Below are positions 1 to 9,194 of a stretch of DNA of 64,000 nucleotides, piece by piece. Numbering within the stretch: position 1 is the stretch's first letter; every line of letters starts with the position of its first letter. The DNA lies in contig OY820905.2 of NCBI GenBank assembly GCA_963555755.3, forward strand, positions 1,248,001 through 1,312,000, in the 5' to 3' direction. This stretch comes from Nitrospirales bacterium (GTDB lineage Bacteria; Nitrospirota; Nitrospiria; Nitrospirales; UBA8639). A model generated the notes under the pieces. It was not told where the DNA came from. It made no database searches and worked only from the letters and a program-made list of their open reading frames with translations. The position numbers and the translations under genes were made by a program.

Positions 1-242
1 TGTTGCCCATTGCCAAACAGGGATTAGGCGAAGCAGGGGTTGACGAAGAAGAAACCGACCGCCTACTGAACATTATTCAGCAACGCCTGGACACAGGAAT
101 CAATGGTGCCACCTGGCAACGATCCATGCTGACTCAATTCGAACAAGAAATGCCCCGCACGGAAGCCCTGGCCGCGATGTTGGAACGATACCTCACATGC
201 TCGAACGAAGGACGACCCGTCACAGAGTGGAGCCAGTCCTGA
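1..242 (+). CDS. C-terminal part of a glutamate--cysteine ligase family protein (runs off window start)
   Basis: C-terminal signature ...GL..AGVD..E.DRLL.II..R..TG.NGA.WQR...Y...S..G.PV.EW; TGA overlaps the ATG of the next gene. Confidence 0.6.
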   Translation, partial: LPIAKQGLGEAGVDEEETDRLLNIIQQRLDTGINGATWQRSMLTQFEQEMPRTEALAAMLERYLTCSNEGRPVTEWSQS

Positions 243-1267
243 TGAAACACCGTACGGACTTCCTCCGAATTTGGGACAATCCTCAGACAGAAGAAGTGGG
301 AGACTCCGTCGAAGAATTTCTTCATCTTCTTGGCGGACCAACCTGGATCGACATTCCCGGCAAGGATCCATCACGGTCTCGCGCCATTGTCACATTGCTT
401 CACGGCAATGAACCTTCAGGGATTCGGGCCATTCATCAATGGCTTCGCATAGGCCACACCCCATTCGTCAATGTCGTCTGTTTCATTGGAGCAGTTGAGG
501 CTGCCCTCGCCCCTCCTGGTTTTGCCTTTCGGACATTGCCAGGCTGCCAAGACCTGAACCGGTGCTGGCAAGAACCCTATGATAGTGTCGAGGGGCATAT
601 TGCCCAAGCAGTCCTCCAACGATTCCAGCGCTTCAACCTGGAAGCCCTCATTGACCTTCACAACACCTCAGGACACAGTCCCTGCTACGGCATTACCACC
701 CAAATGGGCGACAAACAGAAAGCACTCACCGCGTTGTTTTCCAGTCAACTGGTCGTCACCGATTTACGATTAGGGTCAATCATGGAAGCCACCGAGTTTG
801 TGACTCCCACTATTGCGGTAGAATGCGGTGGAAATCACGACCAACAATCTGATCGCATGGCCTTTGACGGATTGACTCGATTTACCCAAACAGACTCTCT
901 CTTTCCTCCAGGGAAGGAATATCCAGACATCTCGGTCTTCGAGCATCCGATTCGCGTTGAACTTCGAGAAGGCGCCACCGTGGCCTATGCATCTTCACCA
1001 GTAGAGGAAGCAGATTGTACACTCAGATTTGATGCCGACAATTTTAATTTTGATCTACGGCATCCAGGAGAACAGATTGGATGGGCCGGGCCAAACCAAC
1101 TGGATGTCTTCTTGGCACGAGACGCAAAAGGCCACAATCGAACCAAGGAACTCTTTACCGTGCTCAACGGCCAACTGCATATCACCCAACCGGGAAGAAT
1201 CCTCATGATGACCACCGACCCCATTATGGCCACAAGCGATTGCCTCTTTTACGGGCCTGTAAGATAA
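242..1267 (+). CDS. Succinylglutamate desuccinylase/aspartoacylase family (M14-like) protein; last codons supplied by the IS256 end
   Basis: HGNE, DLNR, IDLHNT and VECGG motifs; ATG at 242 coupled to the upstream stop; IS256 IR begins at 1253 inside the ORF. Confidence 0.8.
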   Translation: MKHRTDFLRIWDNPQTEEVGDSVEEFLHLLGGPTWIDIPGKDPSRSRAIVTLLHGNEPSGIRAIHQWLRIGHTPFVNVVCFIGAVEAALAPPGFAFRTLPGCQDLNRCWQEPYDSVEGHIAQAVLQRFQRFNLEALIDLHNTSGHSPCYGITTQMGDKQKALTALFSSQLVVTDLRLGSIMEATEFVTPTIAVECGGNHDQQSDRMAFDGLTRFTQTDSLFPPGKEYPDISVFEHPIRVELREGATVAYASSPVEEADCTLRFDADNFNFDLRHPGEQIGWAGPNQLDVFLARDAKGHNRTKELFTVLNGQLHITQPGRILMMTTDPIMATSDCLFYGPVR

Positions 1268-2582
1268 ACTGTGTAACTGGTATCATGACGGATCCATTGA
1301 ATAAGGAGGACTGATGACCAGAGCCAAGACCCCAAGCAAAACCGATGTGCTGTTAGATGAGCTATTGGAAGGGTGTGCGTCACCCGAAGACATATTCGGC
1401 AAACATGGGCTGGTGAAGCGTCTCACGAAACGGCTCGTAGAACGCGCCCTGCGGGCAGAACTGACCGAGCATTTGGGCTATGCCCCTCATGCCCCTGAGG
1501 GCCGTGGATCCGGCAATGCCCGCAATGGGAGCACGTCGAAAACGGTGCAAACGGCCCACGGGGATCTCCCGCTCCAGGTGCCCCGTGATCGTCAAGGCCG
1601 CTTTGAGCCGCTGTTGGTGCCCAAACGCCAACGGCGCTTGGAAGGGTTTGATGAGAAGGTCCTGGCGTTGTATGCCCGAGGGCTGACGACTCGCGACATT
1701 CAAGGGCATCTGGAAGAACTCTATGACGTGGAGGTGTCGCCCACGCTCATTTCGGCCATCACTGATGCGGTGTTGGAGGATGTGCGCATCTGGCAGAGTC
1801 GGCCCTTAGATGCTGTGTATCCGATTCTGTACTTCGATTGTCTGTTTGTGAAGTCTCGGCAGGAGGGCGTCGTCAAGAATAAAGCCGTGTATGTGGCCTT
1901 AGGGGTGAATCTACAGGGCGAGAAAGAACTCCTGGGGCTCTGGATCAGTGAGACCGAAGGGGCCAAGTTCTGGCTGTCGATCTTCACCGAACTCCAGCAG
2001 CGCGGGGTCCGGGATTGTTTTGTGGCTTGCGTCGATGGGCTGGGGGGCTTGCCAGAAGCCTTGGAGACGGTGTTCCCACACACCCAGGTGCAACTGTGCA
2101 TTGTGCATAAGGTACGGCAATCCTTGCGGTATGTGGTGTGGAAAGAGCGACGAGCCGTGGCGCGGGATCTGCGAGCCCTCTATGGCGCCGCGACGTTGTC
2201 GGAGGCGGAAAGCGCGTTGGAGACATTTGCCGCCAGGTGGGATGCGAAATATCCGACGATCAGTGCGACGTGGCGACGGCATTGGAGTCGGCTCACGATC
2301 TTTTTTGATTATCCCCCAGAAATCAGGAAAGCCATCTATACCACCAATGCGATCGAATCGGTGAATTTTTCGTTACGCAAAGTCCTGAAAAGTCGGGGAG
2401 CCTTTCCGACAGATGAATCAATTCTGAAGGTGCTGTATTTAGGGATGCAGCGGATTGCGAAGAAATGGACGATGCCCATTCCGCACTGGAAGCGGGCTCT
2501 CAACCAATTCGCCATGCTCTTAGGAGATCGAGTGCCAACAATCTAGCCCACAATTCAGTTACACAGTTAACTTGACAAGCCC
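1253..2582 (+). mobile_element. IS256-family insertion sequence
   Basis: 27-bp imperfect terminal IRs (1253-1279 gggcctgtaagataaactgtgtaactg; 2556-2582 cagttacacagttaacttgacaagccc) around a transposase; no target duplication visible. Confidence 0.9.
1314..2546 (+). CDS. IS256-family (Mutator) transposase
   Basis: RNG..K, VPRDR.G.FEP, YFD, CVDGL, QLCIVH, YTTNAIES motifs; RBS aggagg upstream. Confidence 0.95.
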   Translation: MTRAKTPSKTDVLLDELLEGCASPEDIFGKHGLVKRLTKRLVERALRAELTEHLGYAPHAPEGRGSGNARNGSTSKTVQTAHGDLPLQVPRDRQGRFEPLLVPKRQRRLEGFDEKVLALYARGLTTRDIQGHLEELYDVEVSPTLISAITDAVLEDVRIWQSRPLDAVYPILYFDCLFVKSRQEGVVKNKAVYVALGVNLQGEKELLGLWISETEGAKFWLSIFTELQQRGVRDCFVACVDGLGGLPEALETVFPHTQVQLCIVHKVRQSLRYVVWKERRAVARDLRALYGAATLSEAESALETFAARWDAKYPTISATWRRHWSRLTIFFDYPPEIRKAIYTTNAIESVNFSLRKVLKSRGAFPTDESILKVLYLGMQRIAKKWTMPIPHWKRALNQFAMLLGDRVPTI

Positions 2583-3094
2583 CTCGTCCCTGCCTCCCAT
2601 GTTGATCACAGCCTACAGCCAGTAGGGCTCCTTTGCTCCACAGGCATTACCCTGCTTCCTCGCTCCTACGAGCCCCTCCGCCACCCTCTCGTCTTCGACT
2701 CACTTCCCAGAGAGCTGGTTATAGAGCCGATCTTCCTCCAGGGATTTCTCCCTGGGACGAGGAGGGCTTCTCCCGTTGCGTCGTCTGTCCTTGCTCCCGT
2801 GCTGTCGCTCTCACCCCGCCGGAGTGGTCAGGCGTCTCAGCCCTATTTCGCCTGCCCATGCCGTCTTCGTCCTACGGTCAGGGACTCGACCTCCGAGGTT
2901 CCGTACTTTCGAGGCTACCTCTGCGTTCACTTGCGTTACGGCCCGGGAACTCGCTCACCATCCTCTACGATGGCTTTGTCGATGGGCTTCAGCGTCTCGG
3001 TTTCTCTCCACGCTGCCATCCAAGCTACAGGGCTCAGGCTCTTACCCTGGTGGGCTTGCTTCCCACTGAACAGACTCACCTTACCTGGACACAC
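2583..3094 (-). mobile_element. Group II intron A, 5' RNA part only (domains I to ~IV), truncated by IS256
   Basis: Minus strand starts GTGTGTCCAGG; shares a sequence block with intron B (gaggctac...gttcacttgcgt.acggcc); hairpin loop at 2874-2879 is complementary to the 5' exon; no RT ORF or domain V left. Confidence 0.8.
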
Positions 3095-3114
3095 AACCGT
3101 GCATGCGGTTTTCC

Positions 3115-4975
3115 CAAGCCGTTCACTTAATCTGTTGACACAAACCAGCAAACAGACATAAACAGCGCTTGTTTGCTGGCTTTCTTGTTTTGGATCATGC
3201 AGAAAAAATCTTCCGCAACTTCTACGCTGAAGCACCCTCGGATACCGCTCGAGTACGGTGGCTTCCAGATCAACCACTGCAAGTCTCCGGTCTGCTCGAA
3301 CTACGGCGTTCCGCCAGAACACACATCGGTGCGTGGAAAAAATAGCTACACTCTGGATTCACGCAACCAAGGCATTTCATCCTGTATCTGCACGTCCTGC
3401 GGCGAAGGATTCCCTCTCAAGAGCAACCTCGGCATCGCAGAAGAAGTCGAGCGCATGTCGGCCTACCTGTCGCCTCGTGAGGTGGCGTTCTGCCGTAACG
3501 ATGCCTGTACCAATCATACCGGTCAGGTGCCCGTAGGTACCGCTGGGGCATATGCCTCGTTCGGCAAGACCGCGATTGACAGCCCCCGCTGGCGCTGTAG
3601 CGTCTGCGGTACGACGTTCTCACAGAACACCAAGGCCACCGCCCGGCAGCGGGAACATCACAAGAACAAGACCATTTTCAAACTGCTGGTCAACAAGATG
3701 CCCGTGCGCCGAATCATCGAAGTCGCCGACATCCACCCCAAGACCTTCTACCACCGCCTCGACTTCCTCCATCGCCAGTGCCAATCATTTGCCGCCCACC
3801 GCGAGCACGCCCTATCCACCCTCCCCATTCGGCGACTGTACCTCGGCGTGGACCGGCAGGACGACCTTGTGAACTGGATGGTTCGCAAGGACAAGCGCAA
3901 CATTCAGCTATCGGCCATTGCATCAGTGGACAACGAACACGGTTACGGCTTCGGTGTCCACCTTCACTTCGACTCTTCTCTGGACAGCGAAGCTGTCCAA
4001 GCCGAAGTCGAGAAGAGCGGCGACCTTGGCATGCCCTATCCGCATCGTCGCGTTGCACGTCTGTGGCTCACTGCAGACCATGAGCGAGCCAGTGCCAAAT
4101 CCCTACGCACTTCGCGGCGCAAACCCGGACTGCCAACGCAGATCGATGAAGCCTATGCCGCAGCATTGATGCGTGACGATATCGAAAGCCCTGATGCGCC
4201 GTCGCCCGTAGAACGACTTCCTGAATACGGGATGCCAACCCATGGCGAGTACACCATGTCTGGGCATTTTTTCTTCCTCAAACGCCTGCTGGGCAATGTC
4301 CAAAAGTGGCGCTTCTTTATCGACCAAGACCCTGGACTGCGAGCCGCGTGCCTATCGGCGTTCCACGACGAGATCCGAGGCCGCACGGCGGATGCCTTCT
4401 CTGTTCGCATCACCAAAGATCTGACGGTGGACGAAAAGCGTCAAAAATACAACGAAGCGACGATGCTGTTCGTGCACGCAGAGCTCGCGCACCCAAAGAT
4501 GAAGCCGCAGGAGGTCAAGTTGCTGCTGATCAAAGAGCGTCTGGCCTGTATGACGCCGCACGGGAAGTGGCAGGATCGGTGGCTTGACCATCCTTTCCCG
4601 ACCATGAGCGAGCCAGAGAAGACAGTGGCCTACCTCACCAATCTGGGCGACTACGACGAAGAACACAAAGCTTGGCTCTACAACAAAGCGAGCGTGCATG
4701 GTGTCGATTCGTTCTTCAACCAAGTGCGTCGACGGCTCTCCCTGCTGGAGCGTCCGATCCATTCCAAATCCAACAATGGTCGGATATGGAACGGATATTC
4801 TCCATATAACCCGGGTAATGTTGCAAAAGTACTCGACATCATGCGCACGGTGCATAACTACATCCTGCCCGGCAAGGATGGCAAGACGCCAGCTGTGCGA
4901 CTTGGATTGGCCCAAGCGCCGCTGGACTACGAAGACATTATTTATTTTGCATCAACAGATTAAGTGAACGGCTTG
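3115..4975 (+). mobile_element. IS element, IS1-like or unclassified, 1861 bp
   Basis: Perfect 24-bp TIRs (3115-3138 caagccgttcacttaatctgttga; 4952-4975); 9-bp TSD cggttttcc at 3106-3114 and 4976-4984. Confidence 0.9.
3197..4963 (+). CDS. Putative transposase with multiple Zn-finger motifs, HTH and IS1-like C-terminus
   Basis: CxxxxC, CxxC and RWRCxxCxxTFS motifs; MPVRRIIEVADIHPKTFY HTH; C-terminal HNY...TPAVRLGLA; fills the TIR-bounded element and its stop lies inside the right TIR. Confidence 0.75.
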   Translation: MQKKSSATSTLKHPRIPLEYGGFQINHCKSPVCSNYGVPPEHTSVRGKNSYTLDSRNQGISSCICTSCGEGFPLKSNLGIAEEVERMSAYLSPREVAFCRNDACTNHTGQVPVGTAGAYASFGKTAIDSPRWRCSVCGTTFSQNTKATARQREHHKNKTIFKLLVNKMPVRRIIEVADIHPKTFYHRLDFLHRQCQSFAAHREHALSTLPIRRLYLGVDRQDDLVNWMVRKDKRNIQLSAIASVDNEHGYGFGVHLHFDSSLDSEAVQAEVEKSGDLGMPYPHRRVARLWLTADHERASAKSLRTSRRKPGLPTQIDEAYAAALMRDDIESPDAPSPVERLPEYGMPTHGEYTMSGHFFFLKRLLGNVQKWRFFIDQDPGLRAACLSAFHDEIRGRTADAFSVRITKDLTVDEKRQKYNEATMLFVHAELAHPKMKPQEVKLLLIKERLACMTPHGKWQDRWLDHPFPTMSEPEKTVAYLTNLGDYDEEHKAWLYNKASVHGVDSFFNQVRRRLSLLERPIHSKSNNGRIWNGYSPYNPGNVAKVLDIMRTVHNYILPGKDGKTPAVRLGLAQAPLDYEDIIYFASTD

Positions 4976-5007
4976 CGGTTTTCCCGCACACGGCTTTCCG
5001 ATGTTCT

Positions 5008-6342
5008 TCATGTCAAGGCATGCGCCGAGCGCCAGCCCGCTACCGTAGGAACCTTATAGAGCCCGTAACGCTCATACAGATCGGCCTGCGGGAAACGACG
5101 TAAGCCGGTTCCCCTGTCCTTGATCTTGTGGCGTTTCATCAAGTGGGTTCGCAACCGGTCTTCCGCGTGAGTTTTGACCTTGCTCATCGTCACACTTGAG
5201 TTCCGATAGTGGAAGTAGTTCACCCAGCCGCGGAGGCTGCGGTTGACCGTTCCCACGAGGTCGCTCAAGGCAATGGCGGTCAGGTCCCGTTGTGTGAGTT
5301 CCGTCAGTCTCGCCTTGATCTTCTTCAACGAGGTGTCTGCCGGTCGAACATTCGGGTACGGCTTTCCAGTCGCCCCTCGACTCATCTGCAGCGTAAAACC
5401 CAGGAAGGTGAAACTCGCTTCGGTCGCGTCCACGATGTGGGTCTTGGCCTCGTTGAGACTCAGGCCCAGTTGGTCCAGTACGTGGCGCACGACCTTTAGC
5501 GGTTCCTCTACATCTTTTCGACACATCACGACAAAGTCATCTGCGTAGCGCACCAAGTGCGCGTGCAATGTATCTTTGCCGTGTCGCCGTTGCCAGGTTC
5601 GATCCAGAATGTGCCGGTAGCAGTTAGCCCGCAGCGGGGAAATCACTCCGCCTTGCGGAGTCCCCGTGCGGTTGGCTTTCCCGCCGCCTACACTTTTCCG
5701 GGTGCCGTCCGCGTCGTTGCCAATAACCGGGGCTTTGAGCCATTGCTTGATGAGGCGCAGGATGCCCCCATCCACAATGCGCTCGGCAACCACGGCCAGG
5801 AGTTTGGCATGCGGGATACTGTCAAAGTACTTCGACAGGTCGGCGTCGATGACTGGGGTGTAGCCGGCCCAGAGCGTCTTGGCAATGTCGTCCACCGCAT
5901 CATGGGCCGATCGCTTGGGCCGGAATCCGTACGAATTCGCACAGAAGTCGGCTTCAAAGATCGGCTCGATGATGAGCTTGACGGCCATTTGCGCCACTCG
6001 GTCTCGGATCGTCGGGATCCCCAGCGGACGCAGCCTACCGTCCGCTTTGAGTCTCATGACGCGCCGCACCGGTTGGGCTCGGTAGGTCTTGGCTTGCAGA
6101 TCACGGGCCAATTCCCTCAGAAACGTGTCTACCCCGATTCCACTCTCTATGGCCTTGAAGCTGATCCCATCACTCCCGGGGCTGCCTCGATTGGCTCGGA
6201 CAAGCCGCCAGGCATGATTGAGGATATCCTCCTGGCTGATCTTGTCGTAGAGGGCGTACAAGCGATAGGCCGGTTCTTGCTTGGCCTTGGCATACAGCTT
6301 CCTCGGCAGCGTCCTGATCGTCTCCGGGGTGGTTAGCGCCAT
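5008..6342 (-). CDS. ltrA: Group II intron reverse transcriptase/maturase (no endonuclease domain)
   Basis: RPLGIPTIRDR, SYGFRP, DADLSKYFD, GTPQGG, YADD, FLGF, LRGWVNYF; several normally conserved residues look altered (PLRANCYRH). Confidence 0.95.
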   Translation of the reverse strand: MALTTPETIRTLPRKLYAKAKQEPAYRLYALYDKISQEDILNHAWRLVRANRGSPGSDGISFKAIESGIGVDTFLRELARDLQAKTYRAQPVRRVMRLKADGRLRPLGIPTIRDRVAQMAVKLIIEPIFEADFCANSYGFRPKRSAHDAVDDIAKTLWAGYTPVIDADLSKYFDSIPHAKLLAVVAERIVDGGILRLIKQWLKAPVIGNDADGTRKSVGGGKANRTGTPQGGVISPLRANCYRHILDRTWQRRHGKDTLHAHLVRYADDFVVMCRKDVEEPLKVVRHVLDQLGLSLNEAKTHIVDATEASFTFLGFTLQMSRGATGKPYPNVRPADTSLKKIKARLTELTQRDLTAIALSDLVGTVNRSLRGWVNYFHYRNSSVTMSKVKTHAEDRLRTHLMKRHKIKDRGTGLRRFPQADLYERYGLYKVPTVAGWRSAHALT

Positions 6343-6941
6343 GGCAATCCCCTGATCCTCCGCTCTTCGGTTGCATGAACACAGCAGGGTTCCTTCCCTC
6401 GACCGGGGTTGTGTGGTCCCTCGGCCTCACGCGGTACGATGAACCCCTCCGACTCCCGTTCCGGGCCGCTGTGATTTCGTGGCCTTCTACACAGTGGTCG
6501 GTGGCCTCCCCACCCCCACAACGGGTCTCCAGCACTGGGCGATACGTCTTCCAGAACATGCCGTCCTTGCTACCCCGGGAGTCGAGGGATGCCACTTCCG
6601 TTATTCCAGCACCCTTCCACCGGCCTTCCCCTTCTGACCACAGGGTCGGCGTCTCCACTTTCATGTACGAGGCTACTCATCGGTTCACTTGCGTGACGGC
6701 CTGCTCTTTTGCTGTGGGGAAACTGACGACCCCGTGTGACCACGACGCCGCTTCCTCATACTACCAAGGTGTACGGACAATTCCTTGGACGGGACTTTAA
6801 CCCGCTAGACATACTGCTGTTACTGCGAACGGTCAGACTCGAATTACATCTCCACGTTTTATCATAAGGCGAAGCCAACCAAAGGGGAAAAGGGGGCGCA
6901 ACTGATACCTGTTCATTCTGCAAACTACCAAACGAAAGAAG

Positions 6942-6996
6942 AATATTGGTGCCCCCGAGACGATTTGAACGTCCGGCCTACGGTTTAGGAAACCGT
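6942..6996 (-). repeat. att-site direct repeat: 3' part of tRNA-Arg(CCT), 55 bp
   Basis: Identical to 11927-11981. Confidence 0.95.
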
Positions 6997-7379
6997 AACC
7001 AGCTCAATCTCCCCTTCGACGAAACACCGCCCCAGAAGCGGAAACCAGTTGATTGATCAATGAGTTAGGTCTGCCAACGAAGTTGCACTGAGTTGCGTAG
7101 GGTGTGAGGGGTGTGAGACCTGGCGGTTACAAAAAAGGTTACACTTTAATACGGTGGCCCTTCACCTAGGCCCGCCATCGCGGTCTTGTTTATGAACACG
7201 GTCACTCGATGAAATTCAGCTGTACTGGCAGCCTTCCATAACCCTCGAAATTCGCTCCCGCAAAAAGTCGATCCCCACAATTGTTCCGTTGGGGTGCCAA
7301 TGTCCGGACCCCTCATAGCACACTTGCTATTTTTCCAAATTGGCAATAGTAGGTAAGATTACGTATAATCGTCCTGCCA

Positions 7380-7520
7380 CGTTGCGCGAAACAGGCTGGA
7401 CGGTTCGCACGAAATTGTTTGTGGTGGAGCACGGGTGGGCACACTCAGGTGGGCGAGAATCTTGACGATCACGGCGGGATCTTCAATGGCCGCGATGAGG
7501 GTCAAGGGGCCTACACAGGG
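7380..7520 (-). pseudogene. Remnant resembling the C-terminus of an IS91-family rolling-circle transposase
   Basis: Minus frame reads GPLTLIAAIEDPAVIVKILAHLSVPTRAPP; no start codon or upstream part. Confidence 0.55.
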
Positions 7521-7925
7521 GAGAAACTAAATAAGTCAATACTCATGCCTGACCCTACTTCCAAGGGCCAGGTCTCTTAGGCCACTAGCCGTAGCCAAAA
7601 CTTGGACCATTCTTTATGAGAAAATCCGCTACACTAGGCCCCCATTTAGAAGGGAGGATGTGCCATCTTTTGACAGTCCCACGGAAAGCTGCTTCGGGTT
7701 ATTAAATTTTCAGCAAGGAAAACCGATAAGAAAACCGGAAACTAGTTGAGTCAGAGTATAGGTGGAGGGTCATTATAAAACGATGGGTTCAGCAATGATG
7801 TAAAGGATCTCTATCAAGGTAGTAATTCGAAAATCACTGGTCTTCCGTTGATTTTGCTGGGAGAGCCAGGTTGCTCTCAGTTGTAAGGGAAATCCTAAGC
7901 GAATGAATAGTATAGGTGTCTTTTG

Positions 7926-9194
7926 ATGCAAAAGATAGAACGAGCAGTGTTGATTTTTATTGGGGGCATGCTGATTGCCCTTACTCTCATGTGGGATGTA
8001 ATGGAAGGCAACCCATTTAATATAACGCCAATACAAATGGCACCTGCTATTCTAGGTGTCTTTATCGCTGTTTTGGGCATTCGGCCAAATAGAGTCATTC
8101 TAACAAATATTTATGTTTTATCTGCTTTGATAGTTATTGGACTTTTTGCATTGGAACTAGTACTACCCAAAAGCTATTCAATGCAGAATCTAACTTTAGA
8201 AAAAGAATTTGACCATCAATTAGACAAATTTAATAAAACAACAATTTTCCCAAAAAATATAAAAGAACTAGATGAAATAGGCATTAAGAATGAATTGGGG
8301 CTTGTATACAAAAAAACCTGGAACTCTAACATTATAGAAAAATCTGGCTACAGAATTTTAATCCTTGGAGATTCTTTCATTATGGGTGATGGTATGCCAT
8401 GGGGGACAACATGGGATGGAATGGTGATTAACTACCTGAACCAGATGACACCTGAAGTTGAATTATTTTCATTTGGTAGAAATGGGCTGGCTACATTAGA
8501 AGAGTTCGATTTCTTAATGGAGAATATTGAAATTTTGCAACCAGATTTAGTGGTTTTTTCTTTTGTGTCAAATGATCCTCATTTTAAACAAAATGAAGAA
8601 ACGAAGATGAAAAAAAGAATTCTATTTATTAATTATTACGCGAAGGCGACAGGCTATGTCTATCAATTTAAGAGCTTAAATTTTCTTTACAATTCGATAA
8701 ACAACTTGTTCGTCTCATTTTATCCATACTATGGATATGTTGGGTGGGTAAAAAGGCTATATGAGCCCAGAAATTTTTCCAAATATGAAGAACTGCTCCA
8801 AAAGATCAAAAGTGCTTCTTTAGATAGAAAATTTAAATTGTTATTTTATTTGTTTCCAAGCAGAAGTTATCAATCAAATCCTCTTAAAAGTTATTTAACA
8901 AAAGTCGAAAACGCTTTAAAGAAAAGTACAATTGCCTACCTGAATCCAAATGAAAATTTTGAATCAATGACCCACACATTCTCCAAGGACCACCTATCAG
9001 CAAACCCAGGAGATGGGCATCCTGGGGTGGTAACAAATTTTTTAGCAACTCAGTATTTCATTTCTCATTTATGTGATGAGGGGTTAATGTCTGAAGGGTG
9101 TGAAGAAATCAAGCCCAAAGTAATTGAAAGTCTCCACGTAGGACTTCATGCAAGCGAGGCAAATGAGGAAGATACAAGCCTAAGTTATCGATAA
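7926..9194 (+). CDS. Membrane-anchored SGNH/GDSL hydrolase family protein
   Basis: N-terminal TM segments; ILGDSF, GRNG, SND, DGHP blocks; much more AT-rich than the flanks. Confidence 0.75.
   Translation: MQKIERAVLIFIGGMLIALTLMWDVMEGNPFNITPIQMAPAILGVFIAVLGIRPNRVILTNIYVLSALIVIGLFALELVLPKSYSMQNLTLEKEFDHQLDKFNKTTIFPKNIKELDEIGIKNELGLVYKKTWNSNIIEKSGYRILILGDSFIMGDGMPWGTTWDGMVINYLNQMTPEVELFSFGRNGLATLEEFDFLMENIEILQPDLVVFSFVSNDPHFKQNEETKMKKRILFINYYAKATGYVYQFKSLNFLYNSINNLFVSFYPYYGYVGWVKRLYEPRNFSKYEELLQKIKSASLDRKFKLLFYLFPSRSYQSNPLKSYLTKVENALKKSTIAYLNPNENFESMTHTFSKDHLSANPGDGHPGVVTNFLATQYFISHLCDEGLMSEGCEEIKPKVIESLHVGLHASEANEEDTSLSYR

Larger units (their letters stand above)
3095..6830 (-). mobile_element. 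Group II intron B (RT-encoding); domain V split by an IS and domain VI displaced or lost
   Basis: 5' end GTTCGCAG at 6830; RT ORF; domain V AGCCGTGTGCGGGAAAACCGCATGCACGGTT is rebuilt by removing 3115-4975 plus one TSD. Confidence 0.85.

Noticed and set aside
2633..3161. Plus-strand ORFs of 97-165 aa
   Set aside because: They are antisense to the structured RNA of intron A and show no protein motifs
5008..6342. RT as a retron, DGR or CRISPR-associated RT
   Set aside because: It has group II intron RT/maturase motifs, a downstream domain V and an upstream intron 5' end; no TR/VR pair or cas genes seen
6942..6996. Second tRNA-Arg gene
   Set aside because: The 5' acceptor strand and D-arm are missing; it is an att repeat
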